From NCBI RefSeq assembly GCF_009914755.1, contig NC_060947.1: a stretch of DNA of 64,000 bases. One strand, 5' to 3'. The translations under genes and the position numbers were made by a program. Under the pieces are notes generated by a model. That model was not told the origin of the DNA. It worked only from the letters and a program-made list of their open reading frames with translations, and did no database searches. How positions within the stretch are numbered: position 1 is the first letter of the stretch; every line of letters begins with the position of its first letter. Below are positions 1 through 15,080 of the stretch, piece after piece. The DNA is from the human T2T-CHM13v2.0 reference genome, Homo sapiens.

Positions 1-97
1 CCTCAGATGGAAATGCAGAAATCACCTTTCTTCTGCGTCGCTCACGCTGGGAGCTGTAGACTGGAGCTGTTCCTATTCGGCCATCTTGGCTCCTCCC
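1..97 (-). mobile_element. 5' terminus of a young L1PA LINE-1 (body lies left of the window)
   Basis: Reverse complement reads GGGAGGAGCCAAGATGGCCGAATAGGAACAGCTCCAG, the canonical primate L1 5' end with the YY1 site. Confidence 0.95.
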
Positions 98-254
98 TCA
101 TGTTATTCTATTAAAGATAGGAAACACATTGAATAGTAGTCAGGTTTCCTGTCATATCATGTTTTTCATTAGCCCATCAATGAAACCATCTTCCTTACCT
201 TTCTAGATTGTTACACCATTTTGTCAAGTGACAGCTAGTGTACCCTTCAGTTCT

Positions 255-620
255 TTCTGTTTTCTTTGCCTAAAATGTTCTTCTCCTAGATCTTTTAATA
301 GCAGTGCCATTTTTATCATTCATTTCTCATCTCAAATGCCATCGTTTCAGAAAGGGATTCCCTGACCATTCTGTTTAAAATAGTCCACTTATGCCCCTTC
401 ATCATCATCCCCCATTATTCTCTATCATATCACCTTGTTTATTTCCTTCAGGGAAATGATTATATTCTGTAATTTTCTTGTTTGCTTTTTTCCGTCTTTC
501 CTCACTTAGACGTAAGCCCCATGAGGTCATGAACCTTTTCTATCTTGTTCATAGGTAAATCCCTAGTTCCCAACACAGTGCTGTCCACGCATAAAGATGG
601 TAAATATTTGTTAAATGGAT
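255..620 (+). mobile_element. L2 LINE 3' fragment, approximate bounds
   Basis: Degenerate L2 3' motifs (TAGACGTAAGCCCCATGAGG...ACAGTGC...TAAATATTTGTTAAATG). Confidence 0.65.
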
Positions 621-2206
621 AAAGACCCTCACACCACATTTAGGGTTTTTTTTATGGTAAAGACATTCTTGGACTGGAAGAGCCTTGCTCAGAGACATTT
701 TGCACTTCCCCACCACCTCATATCAGGTATTTGGATGTCCAAGGTTGATAATCTTTCCATTTTTATAATATGTCAAAAAGTGGTCCTTTTTCTGTTACTG
801 CTTTCAATGATGACAGGTTTTCCAAAATGTAAAGACAAGAAACTGGAGCATTCATGGAAAAAAATGTTGTTGTAATTAAAATTTTGTGGCTATATTTAAG
901 GATAAATGATAAACATCACAGATGGTTGTTTGCAAAGATGTATGTGAGTGCTTGGTTACATGGGCTTCATCCAGTGGTTTGCTGTAACTTAATTATTTAA
1001 CTGATAGGATCAGAAATGGAATCACCTGAGACATTATGGTAGCACCTGCTTCTGAAACCATTATCAAAGTGATCTTTATGTCATCTTTCTTCCCAGGGTC
1101 TAGTGAAGATGACCACCTGCTTGCCTTGGCTTTAACTTACTTCAGTGCTCACTAGTCATGTTTCTTTTATTTCTCCACCTAGCTTTAATGATTTTTTAGA
1201 AATAATTTCATTCATTATATGTGGGTGCTATATTAACATCAAACCACATTTCTCTTTTCATAAATCCCCTAAAAGCACATCTTTCTAAGCAAAACATTTT
1301 AGTTTGCAATGACCCTGTGTTATAGTTTGCCATTACCTTATTTTCTATATTTGACAGTATTGTCTAATGTATTTTGGGCAGGCTTTTTGATCAGCTTTTT
1401 TACTGACAATAACAGGCAAGTATTTCCATTAGTCTTCCGGCTCCTTTTATCCCTATATTCTTTCTTCTTTCTTCCTGTCTTTTCATCTTGCTTCTTCCCC
1501 ATGCATTTTTTCTATTTATCTTAAAAATATTTTTCTTGTGTGATGTGCCATAAATTGATGTTGACAAAATGGTTTCTATCAATAAATGAATTCTTAAATT
1601 TACTGAAAATTTTAATTGAATTTTTTAAAGCCAGAATGACTCCTTGTTCTTCCCAAAGACAAAAAGCTGTTCATGTCCACACCTGCTAATCTAAGCTGTG
1701 GATTCTTAGTCCTTTGAAACACACAAAACAGTGCTCAGCAAAATTTTTTATTTTTTCTAAGTGCCAGAATACTGGCTACTGCTGAGGTAATTGGTTAGCC
1801 ACACGTTGTATATGTTATTATTATGGCTTTTAAAGCTCCAAGTATAGGTAGAAACTAGGAAAAAAATTTGTATAATCCTCAAAATATTAAACTTCCATAA
1901 ATAGTATTTGCATAGGTGCCACATGAGATTTCCTTTGAAAATCAAAAAAAAGAAATTTATGGAAAACTAATACTCGTGTAATAACATAAGTTACCACTCA
2001 AAAGGTAAATAGTATAATAACTGACAGTGTATCTTTTAGGGATCATGGAAACGCTTGAAATTGTGAGTAGGACAGCATTTGATATGAAATAAGCTTGCAG
2101 AAATGATTCAGTAGCTAACTGGATATTGGTGACATAGAATGTTTCCGAAATGCCAGCCTGTGATAAGATATTCTGAGACCTTGAATGCTTAAGTATGTTT
2201 GTAGAG

Positions 2207-2427
2207 CAGTTTTTCTCAATCTTTATTCTTTAGAACCCTAGTGTAACAAAAGATATGACTAGTTTGGCTTGAGGAGAGTAGAGGGTTCCATAGCCAAAGA
2301 AGTTTGGGGTATACCACATACTATGTTTCTCCCTTATATCCTTATTACACATATTAACATATTAAAGGCAGTAAAAGTACCTGTTGTTTACCTTTATTTT
2401 ACCCATTGTTTCCAAACTTACTTGATG
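2207..2427. mobile_element. hAT-Charlie-like DNA transposon relic, left part (right part 8261-8327, split by the L1)
   Basis: CAGTTTTTCTCAA start here; complementary TTTGGAAAATTCTG end appears after the L1 TSD. Confidence 0.5.
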
Positions 2428-3918
2428 AGAAATCCTTTTATTATTATTATTAAACTTTAAGTTCTAGGGTACATGTGCACAACGTACAAGTTTGATACAT
2501 AAGTATACTTGTGCCATCTTGGTTTGCTGCACCCATCAACTCATCATTTACGTTAGGTACTACTCCTAATGCTATACCTCCCCCAGCCCCTTACCCCACA
2601 ACAGGTGTGATGTTCCCCACTCTGTGTCCAAGTGATCTTCTCGTTCAGTCCCCACCTATGAGTGAGAAGATGCGGTGTTTGGATTTCTGTCCTTGTGATA
2701 GTTTGCTGAGAATGATGGTTTCCAGCTTCATCCATGTCCCTGCAAAGGATTTGAACTCATCCATTTTTTATGGCTGCATAGTATTTGATGGTGTATATGT
2801 GCCACATTTTCTTAATCCAGTCTATCATTGATGGACATTTGTGTTGGTTCCAAGTCTTTGCTATTGTGAATAGTGCCACAATAAACATACATGTGCATGT
2901 GTCTTTATATTGGCATGATTTATAATCCTTTGGGTATACACCCAGTAATGGGATTGCTGAGTCAAATGGTAATTCTAGTTCTAGATCCCTGAGGAATCGC
3001 CACACTGTCTTCCACAATGGTTGAACTAATTTGCATTCCCACCAACAGTGTAAAAGTTCCTGTTTCTCCACATCCTCTCCAGCATCTTTTTAATGATTGC
3101 CATTCTAACTTGCATGAGATGGTATCTTATTGTGGTTTTGATTTGCATTTCTCTAATGACCATGATGATGAGCATTTTTTCATGTGTCTGTTGGCTGCAT
3201 AGATGTCCTCTTTTGAGAAGTGTCTGTTCATATCCTTTGCCCACTTTTTGATGCAGCTTTTTTTTTCTTGTAAATTTGTTTGAGTTCTTTGTAGATTCTG
3301 GATATTAGCCCTTTGTCAGATGGGTAGACGGCAAAAATTTTCTCCCATTCTGTAGGTTACCTGTTCACTCTGATGGTAGTTTCTTTTGCTGTGCAGAAGC
3401 TCTTTAGTTTAATTAGATCCCAGTTGTCAATTTTGGCTTTTGTTTTCATTACTTTTGGTGTTTCAGTCATGGAGTCCTTGCCAATGCCTGTGTCCTGAAT
3501 GATATTGCCTAGGTTTTCTTCTAGGATTTTTATGGTTTTAGGTCTAACATTTAAGTCTTTAATCAATCTCGAGTTAATTTTTGTATAAGGTGTAAGGAAG
3601 GGATCCAGTTTCAGCTTTCTACATATGGCTAGCCAGTTTTCCCAGCACCATTTATTAAATAGGGAATCCTTTCCCCATTTCTTGTATTTGTCAAATTGTC
3701 AAAGATCAGATGGTTGTAGATGTGTGGTATTATTTCTGAGGGCTCTGTTCTGTTCCATTGGTCTATATCTCTGTCTTGGTACCAGTACCATGCTGTTTTG
3801 GTTACTGTAGCCTTGTAGTATAGTTTGAAGTCAGGTAGCATGATGCCTCCAGCTTTGTTCTTTTTGCTTAGGATTGTCTTGGCAATGCAGGCTCTTTTTT
3901 GGTTCCATATGAAATTTA

Positions 3919-4401
<483 letters not shown>

Positions 4402-4404
4402 TTA

Positions 4405-4704
<300 letters not shown>

Positions 4705-5176
4705 TTACGTTTATTGATTTGCGTATGTTGAACCAGCCTTGCATCCCAGGGATGAAGCTGACTTGATCGTGGTGGATAAGCTTTTTGCTGTGCTGCTGGA
4801 TTCGGTTTGCCATTATATTATTGAGGAGTTTTGCATCAATGTTCATCAGGGATATTGGTCTAAAATTCTCTTTTTTTTTTTTGCTGTGTCTCTGCCAGGC
4901 TTTGATATCAGGATGATGTTGGCCTCATAAAATGATTTAGGGAGGATTCCCTCTTTTTCTACTGATTGGAGTCATTTCAGAAGGAATGGTACCAGCTCCT
5001 CTTTGTACCTCTGGTAGAATTCGGCTGTGATTCCGTCTGGTCCTGGAATGTTTTTGGTTGGTAGGCTATTAATTATTGCCTCAATTTCAGAGCCTGTTAT
5101 TGGTCTATTCAGAGATTCAACTTCTTTCTGGTTTAGTCTTGGGAAGGTTATCTGTCCTGGAATTCATCCATTTCTT

Positions 5177-5508
5177 TCTTTATATATATATACTTTAAGT
5201 TCTAGGGTACATGTGCACAACGTGCAGGTTTGTTACATACGTATACAGGTGCCATGTTAGTGTGCTGCACCCATTAACTCGTCATTTACATTAGGTATAT
5301 CTCCTAATGCTATCCCACCCCCCTCCCCCTACCCCACGACAGGCACCAGTGTGTGATGTTCCCCACCCTGTGTCCAAGTGTTCTCATTATTCAATTCCCA
5401 CCTATGAGTGAGAACATACGATGTTTGGTTTTCTGTCCTTGTGATAGTTTGCTGAGAATGATGGTTTCCAGCTTCATCCATGTCCCTACAAAGGACATGA
5501 ACTCATCC
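5177..5508 (-). mobile_element. Nested 5'-truncated younger L1PA (L1PA4-6-like) 3' fragment
   Basis: A second L1 3' UTR (TTTAAGTTCTAGGGTACATGTGCACAACGTGC...GAACTCATCC) in the middle of host ORF2; no TSD. Confidence 0.9.
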
Positions 5509-7808
5509 AACTATGTGTTATATGTGGTCAATTTTAGAATAAGTGACACTGTTGATTTGGGGTGGAGAGTTCTGTAGATGTCTATTAGGTCCGCTTGTTG
5601 CAGAGCTGAGTTCAAGTCCTGGATATCCTTGTTAACCTTCTGTCTTGTTGATCTGTCTAATATTGACAGTGGGGTGTTAAAGTCTCCCATTATTAATGTG
5701 TGGGAGTCCAAGTCTCTTTTTAGGTCTCTCAGTACTTGCTTTATGAATCTGGATGCTCCTGTATTGGGTGCATATATATTTAGGATAGTTAGCTCTTCTT
5801 GTTGAATTGATCCCTTGACCATTATGTAATGGCCTTCTTTGTCTCTTTTGATCTTTGTTGGTTTAAAGTCTGTTTTATTAGAGACTGGGATTGCAACCCC
5901 TGCTTTTTTTTTTTTTTTTTGCTTTCCATTTGCTTGGTAGATCTTCCTCCATCCCTTTATTTTGAGCCTATGTGTGTCTCTGCACATGAGATGGGTCTGC
6001 TGAACATAGCCCACGGATGGGTCTTGACTCTTTATCCAATTTGCCAGTCTGTGTCTTTTAACTGGGGCATTTAGCCCATGTACATTTAAGGTTAATATTG
6101 TTATGTGTGAATTTGATCCTGTCATTATGATGTTAGCTGGTTATTTTCCTCATTAATTGATGCAGTTTCTTCCTAGCATTGATGGTCTTTACAATTTGGC
6201 ATGTTTTTGCAGTGGCTGGTACCAGTTGTTCCTTTCCATGTTTAGTGTTTCCTTCAGGAGCTCTTGTAAGGCAGGCCTGGTGGTGACAAAATCTCTTAGC
6301 ATTTGCTTCTCTGTAAAGGATTTAATTTCTCCTTCACTTATGAAGCTTAGTTTGGCTGGATATGAAATTCTGGGTTGAAAATTCTTTTCTTTAAGAATGT
6401 TAAATATCGGACCCCACTCTCTTCTGATTTGTAGGGTTTCTGCCGAGAGATCAGCTGTTAGTCTGATGGACTTCCTTTGTGGGTAACTCGACCTTTCTCT
6501 CTGGCTGCCCTTAACACTTTTTCCTTCATTTCAACCTTGGTGAATCTGACAATTATGTGCCTTGGGGTTGCTCTTCTCGAGGAGTATCTTTCTGTTGTTC
6601 TCTGTATTTCCTGAATTTGAATGTTGGCCTGCCTTGGTAGGTTGGGGAAGTTCTCCTGGATAATATCCTGCAGAGTGTTTTCCAACTTGGTCCCCTTCTC
6701 CCATCACTTTCAGGTACACCAGTCAAATGTAGATTTGGTCTTTTTCCATAGTCCCATGTTTCTTGGAGTGTTTGTTCATTTCTTTTTACTCTTTTTTCTC
6801 TAACCTTGTTTTCTCACTTTATTTCATTAATTTGATCTTCAATCACTGATACCCTTTCTTCCACTTGATCAAATCAGCTATTGAAGCTTGTGCATGTGTC
6901 ACGTAGTTCTCGTGGCATGGTTTTCAGCTCCATCAGGTCATTTAAGGTCTTCTCTACACTGTTTATTCTAGTTAGCCGTTTGTCTAATCTTTTTTCAAGG
7001 TTTTTTGCTTCCTTGGGATGGGTTCAAACATCCTCTTTTAGCTTGGAGAAATTTGTTATTACCCACCTTCTGAAGCCTACTTCTGTCAACTTGTCAGTCA
7101 TTCTCCATCCAGCTTTGTTCCGCTGCTGTTGAGGAGCTGCGAGCCTTTGGAGGAGAAGAGGCACTCTGATTTTTAGAATTTTCAGCTTTTCTGCTCTGGT
7201 TTCTCCCCATCTTTTTGGTTTTATCTACCTTTGGTCTTTGATGTTGGTGACCTACAGATGGGGTTTTGGTGTAGATGACCTTTTTGTTGATGTTGATGCT
7301 ATTCCTTTCTGTTTGGTAGTTTTCCTTCTAACAGTTAGGTCCCTCAGCTGCAGGTCTGTTGGAGTTTGCTGGAGGTCCACTCCAGACCCTGTGTGCCTGG
7401 GTATCACCAGTGGAGGCTGCAGAACAGCAAATATTGCAGAACAGCAAATATTGCTGCCTGATCATTCCTCTGGAAGCTTCATCCCAGACGGGCAGCCACC
7501 TCTATGAGGTGTCTATCAGCACCTACTGGGAGATGTCTCCCAGTTAGGCTATACAGAGGTCAGGGACCCACTTGAGGAGGCAGTCTGTCCATTCTCAGAG
7601 CTCAAACGTCGTGCTGAGAGAACCACTGCTCTCTTCAGAGCTGTCAGACAGGGACATTTAAGTCTGCAGAAGTTGTCTGCTGCCTTTTGTTTAGCTATGC
7701 CCTGCCCCCAGAGGTAGAGTCTAGAGGCAGTAGGCCTGGTTGAGCTGTGGTGGGCACCGCCCAGTTCAAGCTTCCAGACCACTTTGTTTACCTACTCAAG
7801 CCTCAGCA

Positions 7809-7958
7809 ATGGCAGACGCCCCTCCCCCAGCCAGGCTGCCACCTCACAGTTGGATCTCAGACTGCTGCGCTACCAGTGAGCAAGGCTTTGTGGGTGTGGG
7901 ACCCACCGAGCCAGGCATTGGAGAGAATCTTCTTGTCTGCCAGTTGCTAAGACCTTGA
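7809..7958 (+). other. ORF0: L1 antisense ORF0 homolog, truncated (49 aa)
   Basis: gcaATGg start; MADAPPPARLPPHSWISDCCATSEQGFVGVGPTEPG resembles primate L1 ORF0 (MAGAPPPASLPPCSLISDCCASN...). Confidence 0.8.
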
Positions 7959-8367
7959 GAAAAGCACAGTATTTGGGCGGGAGTGTCCCGTTTTTCCAGG
8001 TAGTCTGTCACAGCTTCCCGTGGCTAGGAAAGGGAAATCCCCCAACTCTTTGCACTTCCCAGTTGAGGCGATGCCATGCCCTGCTTCAGCTCACCCTCCA
8101 TGGGCTGCACCCACTGTCCATCCAGTCTCAATGAGTTGAACCAGGTACCTCAGCTGGAAATGCAGAAATCACCCATCTTCTGCTTCGCTCACTCTGGGAG
8201 CTGCAGACCAGAGCTGTTCCTATTTGGCCATCTTGGAATGCCCCCAAGAAATCCTTTTATGATAGGCTAACTCTTAGTGTATTATGAGACACTAGTGTTT
8301 TGGAGAGCACAGTTTGGAAAATTCTGTTTTAGAATGCTCTTCAAAATCTAGCTGAATAAGCTATTCT

Positions 8368-8508
8368 GTTTTTTAAATTCTTTAATTTTTAAAAAATTTT
8401 TTTGTTTCTTTTTCATTTTTGTGGGTATATGGTAGCCATATATATTTATTGGGTGCATGAGATATTTTGATACAGGCATACCATGCATAATAATCACATT
8501 GGGGTAAA
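8368..8508 (-). mobile_element. L1MA-type 3' end fragment
   Basis: T-rich tail followed by TTTTGTGGGTATATGGTAG...TTTTGATACAGGCATAC. Confidence 0.65.
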
Positions 8509-9101
8509 ACCTGGCATATCTTCAGGAAGTTTGATAATGTGTCTGGTGTACTTCAGTAGCAAACTACAAAAATAAAGTCTAGAAAAGTATAAAGGTGACT
8601 ACACAGTTAAACCCACAATCAGAGTTGTGGCTTAGTGCAATTCTCCCTTCTTTATCTCTACAGTCAGTCCATGGTGCTGCCTCACAACCACTGTGCCACT
8701 GCCACGACACCTATCTTCTGGCTTTTATTTTGGATTCTTTTCTTTTAATTGTTCCATGAGATGATGACTTTTCATTGTATTAAAGACCAGCTGAATTACC
8801 TGTCACTGCTTAAGAGACTCATAAACCAGTGTTAAATGAAGGCTCATAAAAACAATTTAAAAATGAAGTTGTAACAGTTTTCTATAATTGTTGCATATGA
8901 TTTTTTTGTTAAGATCATGTTTATATTCTTCAAGACACATATGAATAAATCTCTGTTTCTACTCACTCTGTAACATGCTATAGAGAGTTGTCTATGTGAC
9001 AAGTAGCTCAATTGAAAGTCAATGCCTACAGTTAAAAGTGTCTTCCTTTGCGAATAGTCATGGAGATCGTCACCAGGAAATGCACATCTTTTAAAGCAAA
9101 A

Positions 9102-10131
<1,030 letters not shown>

Positions 10132-11329
10132 AAAGGAATATATCTCTTTTATTTGCCCTCAAGACTGCCTATCTCTCATGTTTGTTCCTTAGGTGATTAT
10201 TCCTTTCAAACTGACTTTCAGATTATCAGAACTCTCATTTGTTTTAAGTTTTTCCCAATCCAAATTTGTTCATCTTCAAAATGGCATTTTGTTAGTCTAA
10301 TTTTGTGATGATATCCACACAAAGAAATAAATGCAAATATGTAGATGTTTGAAAACCCCTCCTGTCCATATAGGCAGATATAGAAAATGTGTATTTATGA
10401 ACCGAACTAATCAGCATTTTAAATGAGATGTATCCCAGCCTATATTTTAGGTCAGACCATCCCAATTTTGTTGAATTGTTGAATTTCCATTTAGCTGTTT
10501 TCAACAGTATAGTAACAAACAGGAAGAAAGTTACTTTTGTTTATAGAGATTAGGTCCAAATGGCTTCAACTCACCAGGCCACTCTTCAGACATGCTCATT
10601 TCCCTTTGCTTCTATTCACCATCTATTCTCCCTTCTTAGAAAAATGAGTTTCTTTATCTCCTTCATCTTTTTAACCTACACCCACAGTTGAACTTTTCCA
10701 AAATCTATAACTTGGGCTTGGAACTTCCTACCCTATATCCCCAGCCTCTTCCCTTCAGTTTATCCAGGAATCTTTTGAAATCCTACATGAACATTTTGTC
10801 ACATGGCTTAGCTAACTAATTGAGAGAAAGATGGTACAATCTTTGCTTTACTCAGTCTAAAAGTATTGTCACACCATAATATGCACTTACTCCTCTGCCT
10901 TGTCACAAGAGTAATATGTTATTTCCTTTTGAAAACATTCTGTTCAATAGTCAGTTGTCTACAGGCTCTTTATGACCATCCATGTATGATCCCCTTTACT
11001 TTTTAGAGACTAAGTCAAACTCCCTCTGTTCAGTATTCCACAAATGTGTGCTACTAATGAAAACCTGTGTGTGATTGAGGGTAAGGTTGGGGAGAGGAAG
11101 CCAACTCTGGCATCGAAAAGATGTGATCAGCCAGATGGTGAAGTAGTTGAAGAATGGCATTATCAGCTAGGGCTGGGGAGCAACATGTGATCAAATTGGT
11201 CAAGACCTCAAAACGATTTCAGAGTTATAACAGGCTAGTTCTGTACACTGATGTTTCCCAAACTCTGCTGCAGTATATTAACAAGTGTTATGAAAAAAGA
11301 AGGGGGATGTGATTACATTTAACCTGATG

Positions 11330-11856
11330 TGTTTACTTATTGCTCTCTTGCCTAAAACTTTTCAGTAGTTACTCTCTGCAGTTCAAATAATTTCCAACCT
11401 CTTTTCCATCAACTGATAAGGTTTGCCTGCCTCTAGACTCTCATCTGGTGCTATGCTCCTGTGAATTCAACTGCACTCCAGCCACACTGGCCTTTTTTTT
11501 TCTTTTCCTCAAACTCACCAAGCTTTTTTCTAATTCAGGCTTTGCACATGCTCTTCCTTCTGCCTGGAAAATTCAAGCTTATTCATGGCCAGCGAGAGAC
11601 AGCACTCCTCTTTCAGGTTATGGCTCACACACTACCTCCTAAAGATGCCCCCAAACCCATTGTTTTCTCTATTCTTTTCCTTCATAGAAATATCATGTTT
11701 AATTATTTTTTCTTACTTCTTGTCTATTAGTCTTCCCCCACTGGAGTGAAAGCAAGGTTCTTGCTTATTTTGTTTACTTTTGTGTCTCCAGAATATAGAA
11801 CAGTGCCTGGCATATGGCATGAGCCCAATATATATTTGTTGAATGAATGAATGAAA
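11330..11856 (+). mobile_element. L2 LINE 3' fragment
   Basis: AGAACAGTGCCTGGCATA...TATTTGTTGAATGAATGAATGAA terminus. Confidence 0.8.
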
Positions 11857-12018
11857 TGTTGTTGAAAAGAATACAGGAACTAACTCAAATGTCCAACAAC
11901 AAGAAAATGATCATATGTATTATTTGATTAAATTCAATATATTTTTAGTTATAAATAACAGGAATATTATGCAAAACAAATATTTTTGTTAAGATAAGGG
12001 GAAAATATAGAATAAAAT

Positions 12019-12414
12019 TGTCTTACTCCATTCAACCTGCTATAACAAAATTCCATGTACTAGATAATTTGTAAAGAACATAAATTTATTTTCTCATAGT
12101 TTTGGAGGCTGGGAAGTCTAAGATCAAGCTCCAGCAGGTTCAGTTGTCTGGCGAGGGTTTCTCTCTGCTTCCAAAATGGTGCCTTGTTGCTGCATTCTCT
12201 GGCAGGCAGAAACATTATATCCTCACATGTCAGAAGGCAGGTCAAGAGAGCCAAACACTGTGTGAAGCCTTTTTTCTACATGCCTTAATCCCATTCACAA
12301 AGGAAGAGCCTTCATGGCCTAATTACTTCTTAAAGGTCCCACTCTTAATACTATCACATTGGCCATTAAGTTTCAACATCTGAAATTCAGAGGGGACACA
12401 TTCAAACCATAACA
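12019..12414 (-). mobile_element. MaLR solo LTR (MSTC/MSTD-like)
   Basis: TG...CA termini; GGAGGCTGGGAAGTCTAAGATCAAG and CATTCAAACCATAACA motifs; near 5-bp TSD AAAAT/ACAAT. Confidence 0.85.
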
Positions 12415-12767
12415 ACAATATCTTCTGTATGCTATGGTGAAATATGTATACATATGGACAATAATAAAAGTAATTCAGTATGTGTATATGCGCTCAGCTG
12501 TTTGTTCCATGAATTTTAACATGTTTGTATTATCTTCATAATAAAAATAAATAATGTATCTAAAATTCTAGGTGAGCAAAAGAAATATCAATGCATTAGC
12601 CTTGTTACTATGGTCAATAGTAGAGGAGAACAGCAAGAGGAATTTCAAAATTCCTATTACAGTGCCAAGATTAGTGCTCCAAATTTTTTCTTGAGGGACA
12701 TGGAGAACTTGGAGAGATTTAGGAGAGTTTGGATACAGAATTATTAGAGAAATACTAAGGAAATTCA

Positions 12768-13030
<263 letters not shown>

Positions 13031-13380
13031 TAGTTTCTTCTTCAGGCAGAATAATTCTACTTTATAATCTCCATTGAGAGCTGAATAAATAGTAAGGGAC
13101 CTAAGTTACAGTAAATTATAGAATTACAGAAATAAACTTTTCAAGATGAGTGTCTTAAAAGCAAGGAATTTGTGACAAAAGGAGTGTGTGGGATCTCCTA
13201 CATAGGAGAACTCTTAGTAACAGGGAATTTAGATGATTGTCTTTTAGTCTTGACAAGGCTAAATGTAGTCCTACCTAAAGCTAAAGAAAAGTATAAAATT
13301 TTCCACAGGGTTATTTCAGTCTTGTCATTCTGCTTCTTAACTTTGGGAAGACAGAAAAATATTTCTGCTATCTACTATAT

Positions 13381-13904
13381 CAGGGGTCCCCCCCGTCGGA
13401 CCATCGACCAATCTGTGGCCTGTTAGGAACCAGGCTGCACATCAGGAGGTGAGCAATGGGCGGATGAGTAAGGGAAGCTTCATGTGTATTTACAGCTGCT
13501 CCCCATCACTTGCATTATCACCTAAGTTCCGCCTTCTATCAGATCAGCAGTGGCATTAGATTCTCATAGGAGCGCAAACCCTATTGTAAATCACACATAC
13601 GAGGGATCTAGGTTGCGTGCTCCTTATGAGAATCTAATGTCTGGTGATCTGTCACTGTCTCCCATCACCCCCATATGGGACTGTCTAGTTGCAGGAAAAC
13701 AAGTTCTGGGCTCCCACTGATTCTACATTATGGTGAGTTGTATAATGAGTTCATTATATATTACAAAATAATAATAATAGAAATAAAGTGCACAATAAAT
13801 GTAATGCATTTGAATCATCCTGAAACCATCTCCCCACCCCAGTCCATGGAAAAATTGTCTTCCACAAAACCAGTCCCTGGTGCCAAAAATATTGGGGACC
13901 ACTG
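13381..13904. mobile_element. MER1A-like hAT-Charlie non-autonomous DNA transposon
   Basis: TIRs CAGGGGTCCCC / GGGGACCACTG; 524 bp; degenerate 8-bp TSD TACTATAT/TAGTATAC. Confidence 0.85.
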
Positions 13905-14000
13905 TAGTATACAGACTAAATCCATTTTGTTTAATAGCTTGTTTACTAAGCATCTTGAGCAAGGCTAGAGATTGTAAGATGAGAGATGCAAAAATACATA

Positions 14001-14425
14001 TGATATGGCTTGGATCTGTGTCCCCACCCAAATCTCATGTTGAATTGTAATCCCCAATGTTGGAGGTGGCGCCTGGTGGCAGGTGATTTGTTCATGGGGA
14101 TGGATCCTTCATGAATGGTTCAGCAGCATCCCCTTGGTCCTGTACTTGTGATAGAGTCCTAACAAGATCTGGTTGTGTAAAAGTGTGTAGCACCTCCCCG
14201 ACTCTCTCTCTCTTGCCCCTGCTCTGGCCACGTGAAACATCCCTGCTCCACCTTTGCCTTCTGCTATGATTATAAATTTCCTGAGGCTTCCCCAGAAGCC
14301 AAGCAGATGCCAGCTTCATGCTTCCTGTACAAGCTGCAGAACCATGAGCCAACGAAACCTCTTTTCTTTATAAATTACCCAGTCTCAGGTATTTCTTTAT
14401 AGCAATGCAAGAACTGACTGATCAT
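14001..14425 (+). mobile_element. MaLR solo LTR (MSTA-like)
   Basis: Starts TGATATGGCTTGGATCTGTGTCCCCACCCAAATCTCATG; 3' part TAAATTACCCAGTCTCAGGTATTTC. Confidence 0.88.
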
Positions 14426-14586
14426 ATAGTAAAGAAAGTGCCTTCAAGGAGCTTATGGGTTAGTAAGTTATACTTGATAAAAATAAATGTGCAAACGAAT
14501 ATAATTTCTAGAAAAATAAGGTGCAGCAATCCTTCAAGACTCCAAATTTGTAACTTTACTCTTTATAGACTTTAACAGTTGTCTTT

Positions 14587-14809
14587 TTTATTTTGTTTTT
14601 AAATTTATTTTTACTACATTTAATTGTATATTTGAGGTTTATAACATTATGTTATAGGATACATACAGATAATGAAATAGTTACTATAGGGAAGCAGATG
14701 AACATATCTGTCATCTCATTGTTACTTGTTATGTGTGACAAGAGCAGCTAAAATATTTAACAAAAATTCCTAATACGGTCACATCAGTATGGTACTGACA
14801 TAAATGAAG
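14587..14809 (-). mobile_element. Short L1MA 3' end with small inverted 5' piece
   Basis: T tail and L1MA 3' UTR; TSD AGTTGTCTTT at 14577-14586 and 14810-14819. Confidence 0.65.
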
Positions 14810-14899
14810 AGTTGTCTTTATTCTCTTCTATCTGACCATTTCCCTCTTTAGTCATACTCACCATACCTTTCATTTCATTATACAGAGTATTTCTAAGTC

Positions 14900-15080
14900 A
14901 GTGCAGTACAGAGGAAAGAACACTAGATTTGGAATTAAGAGATCAGTTTTTTTTTTTCCATTCTGCCTTTCCTCTGCATTAGCTGGGTAACTCAGTTGCT
15001 TTATCTATAAAATGCAGATGGTAAGACTTGCCCTACTTACTTCATATAAAGACAGGTACTTTGTAAAATATAAAAAGCCA
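14900..15080 (+). mobile_element. MIR SINE relic
   Basis: CAGTACAGAGGAAAGAACACTAGATTTGGA...CTCAGTTGCTTTATCTATAAAATG core. Confidence 0.65.

Noticed and set aside
615-875. 86-aa ORF and other short ORFs in non-repeat stretches
   Set aside because: No recognisable domain or supporting exon structure; lengths are compatible with chance
7419-7458. 17-bp tandem duplication GCAGAACAGCAAATATT
   Set aside because: As I recall, a common feature of L1PA6/7 5' UTRs rather than locus-specific
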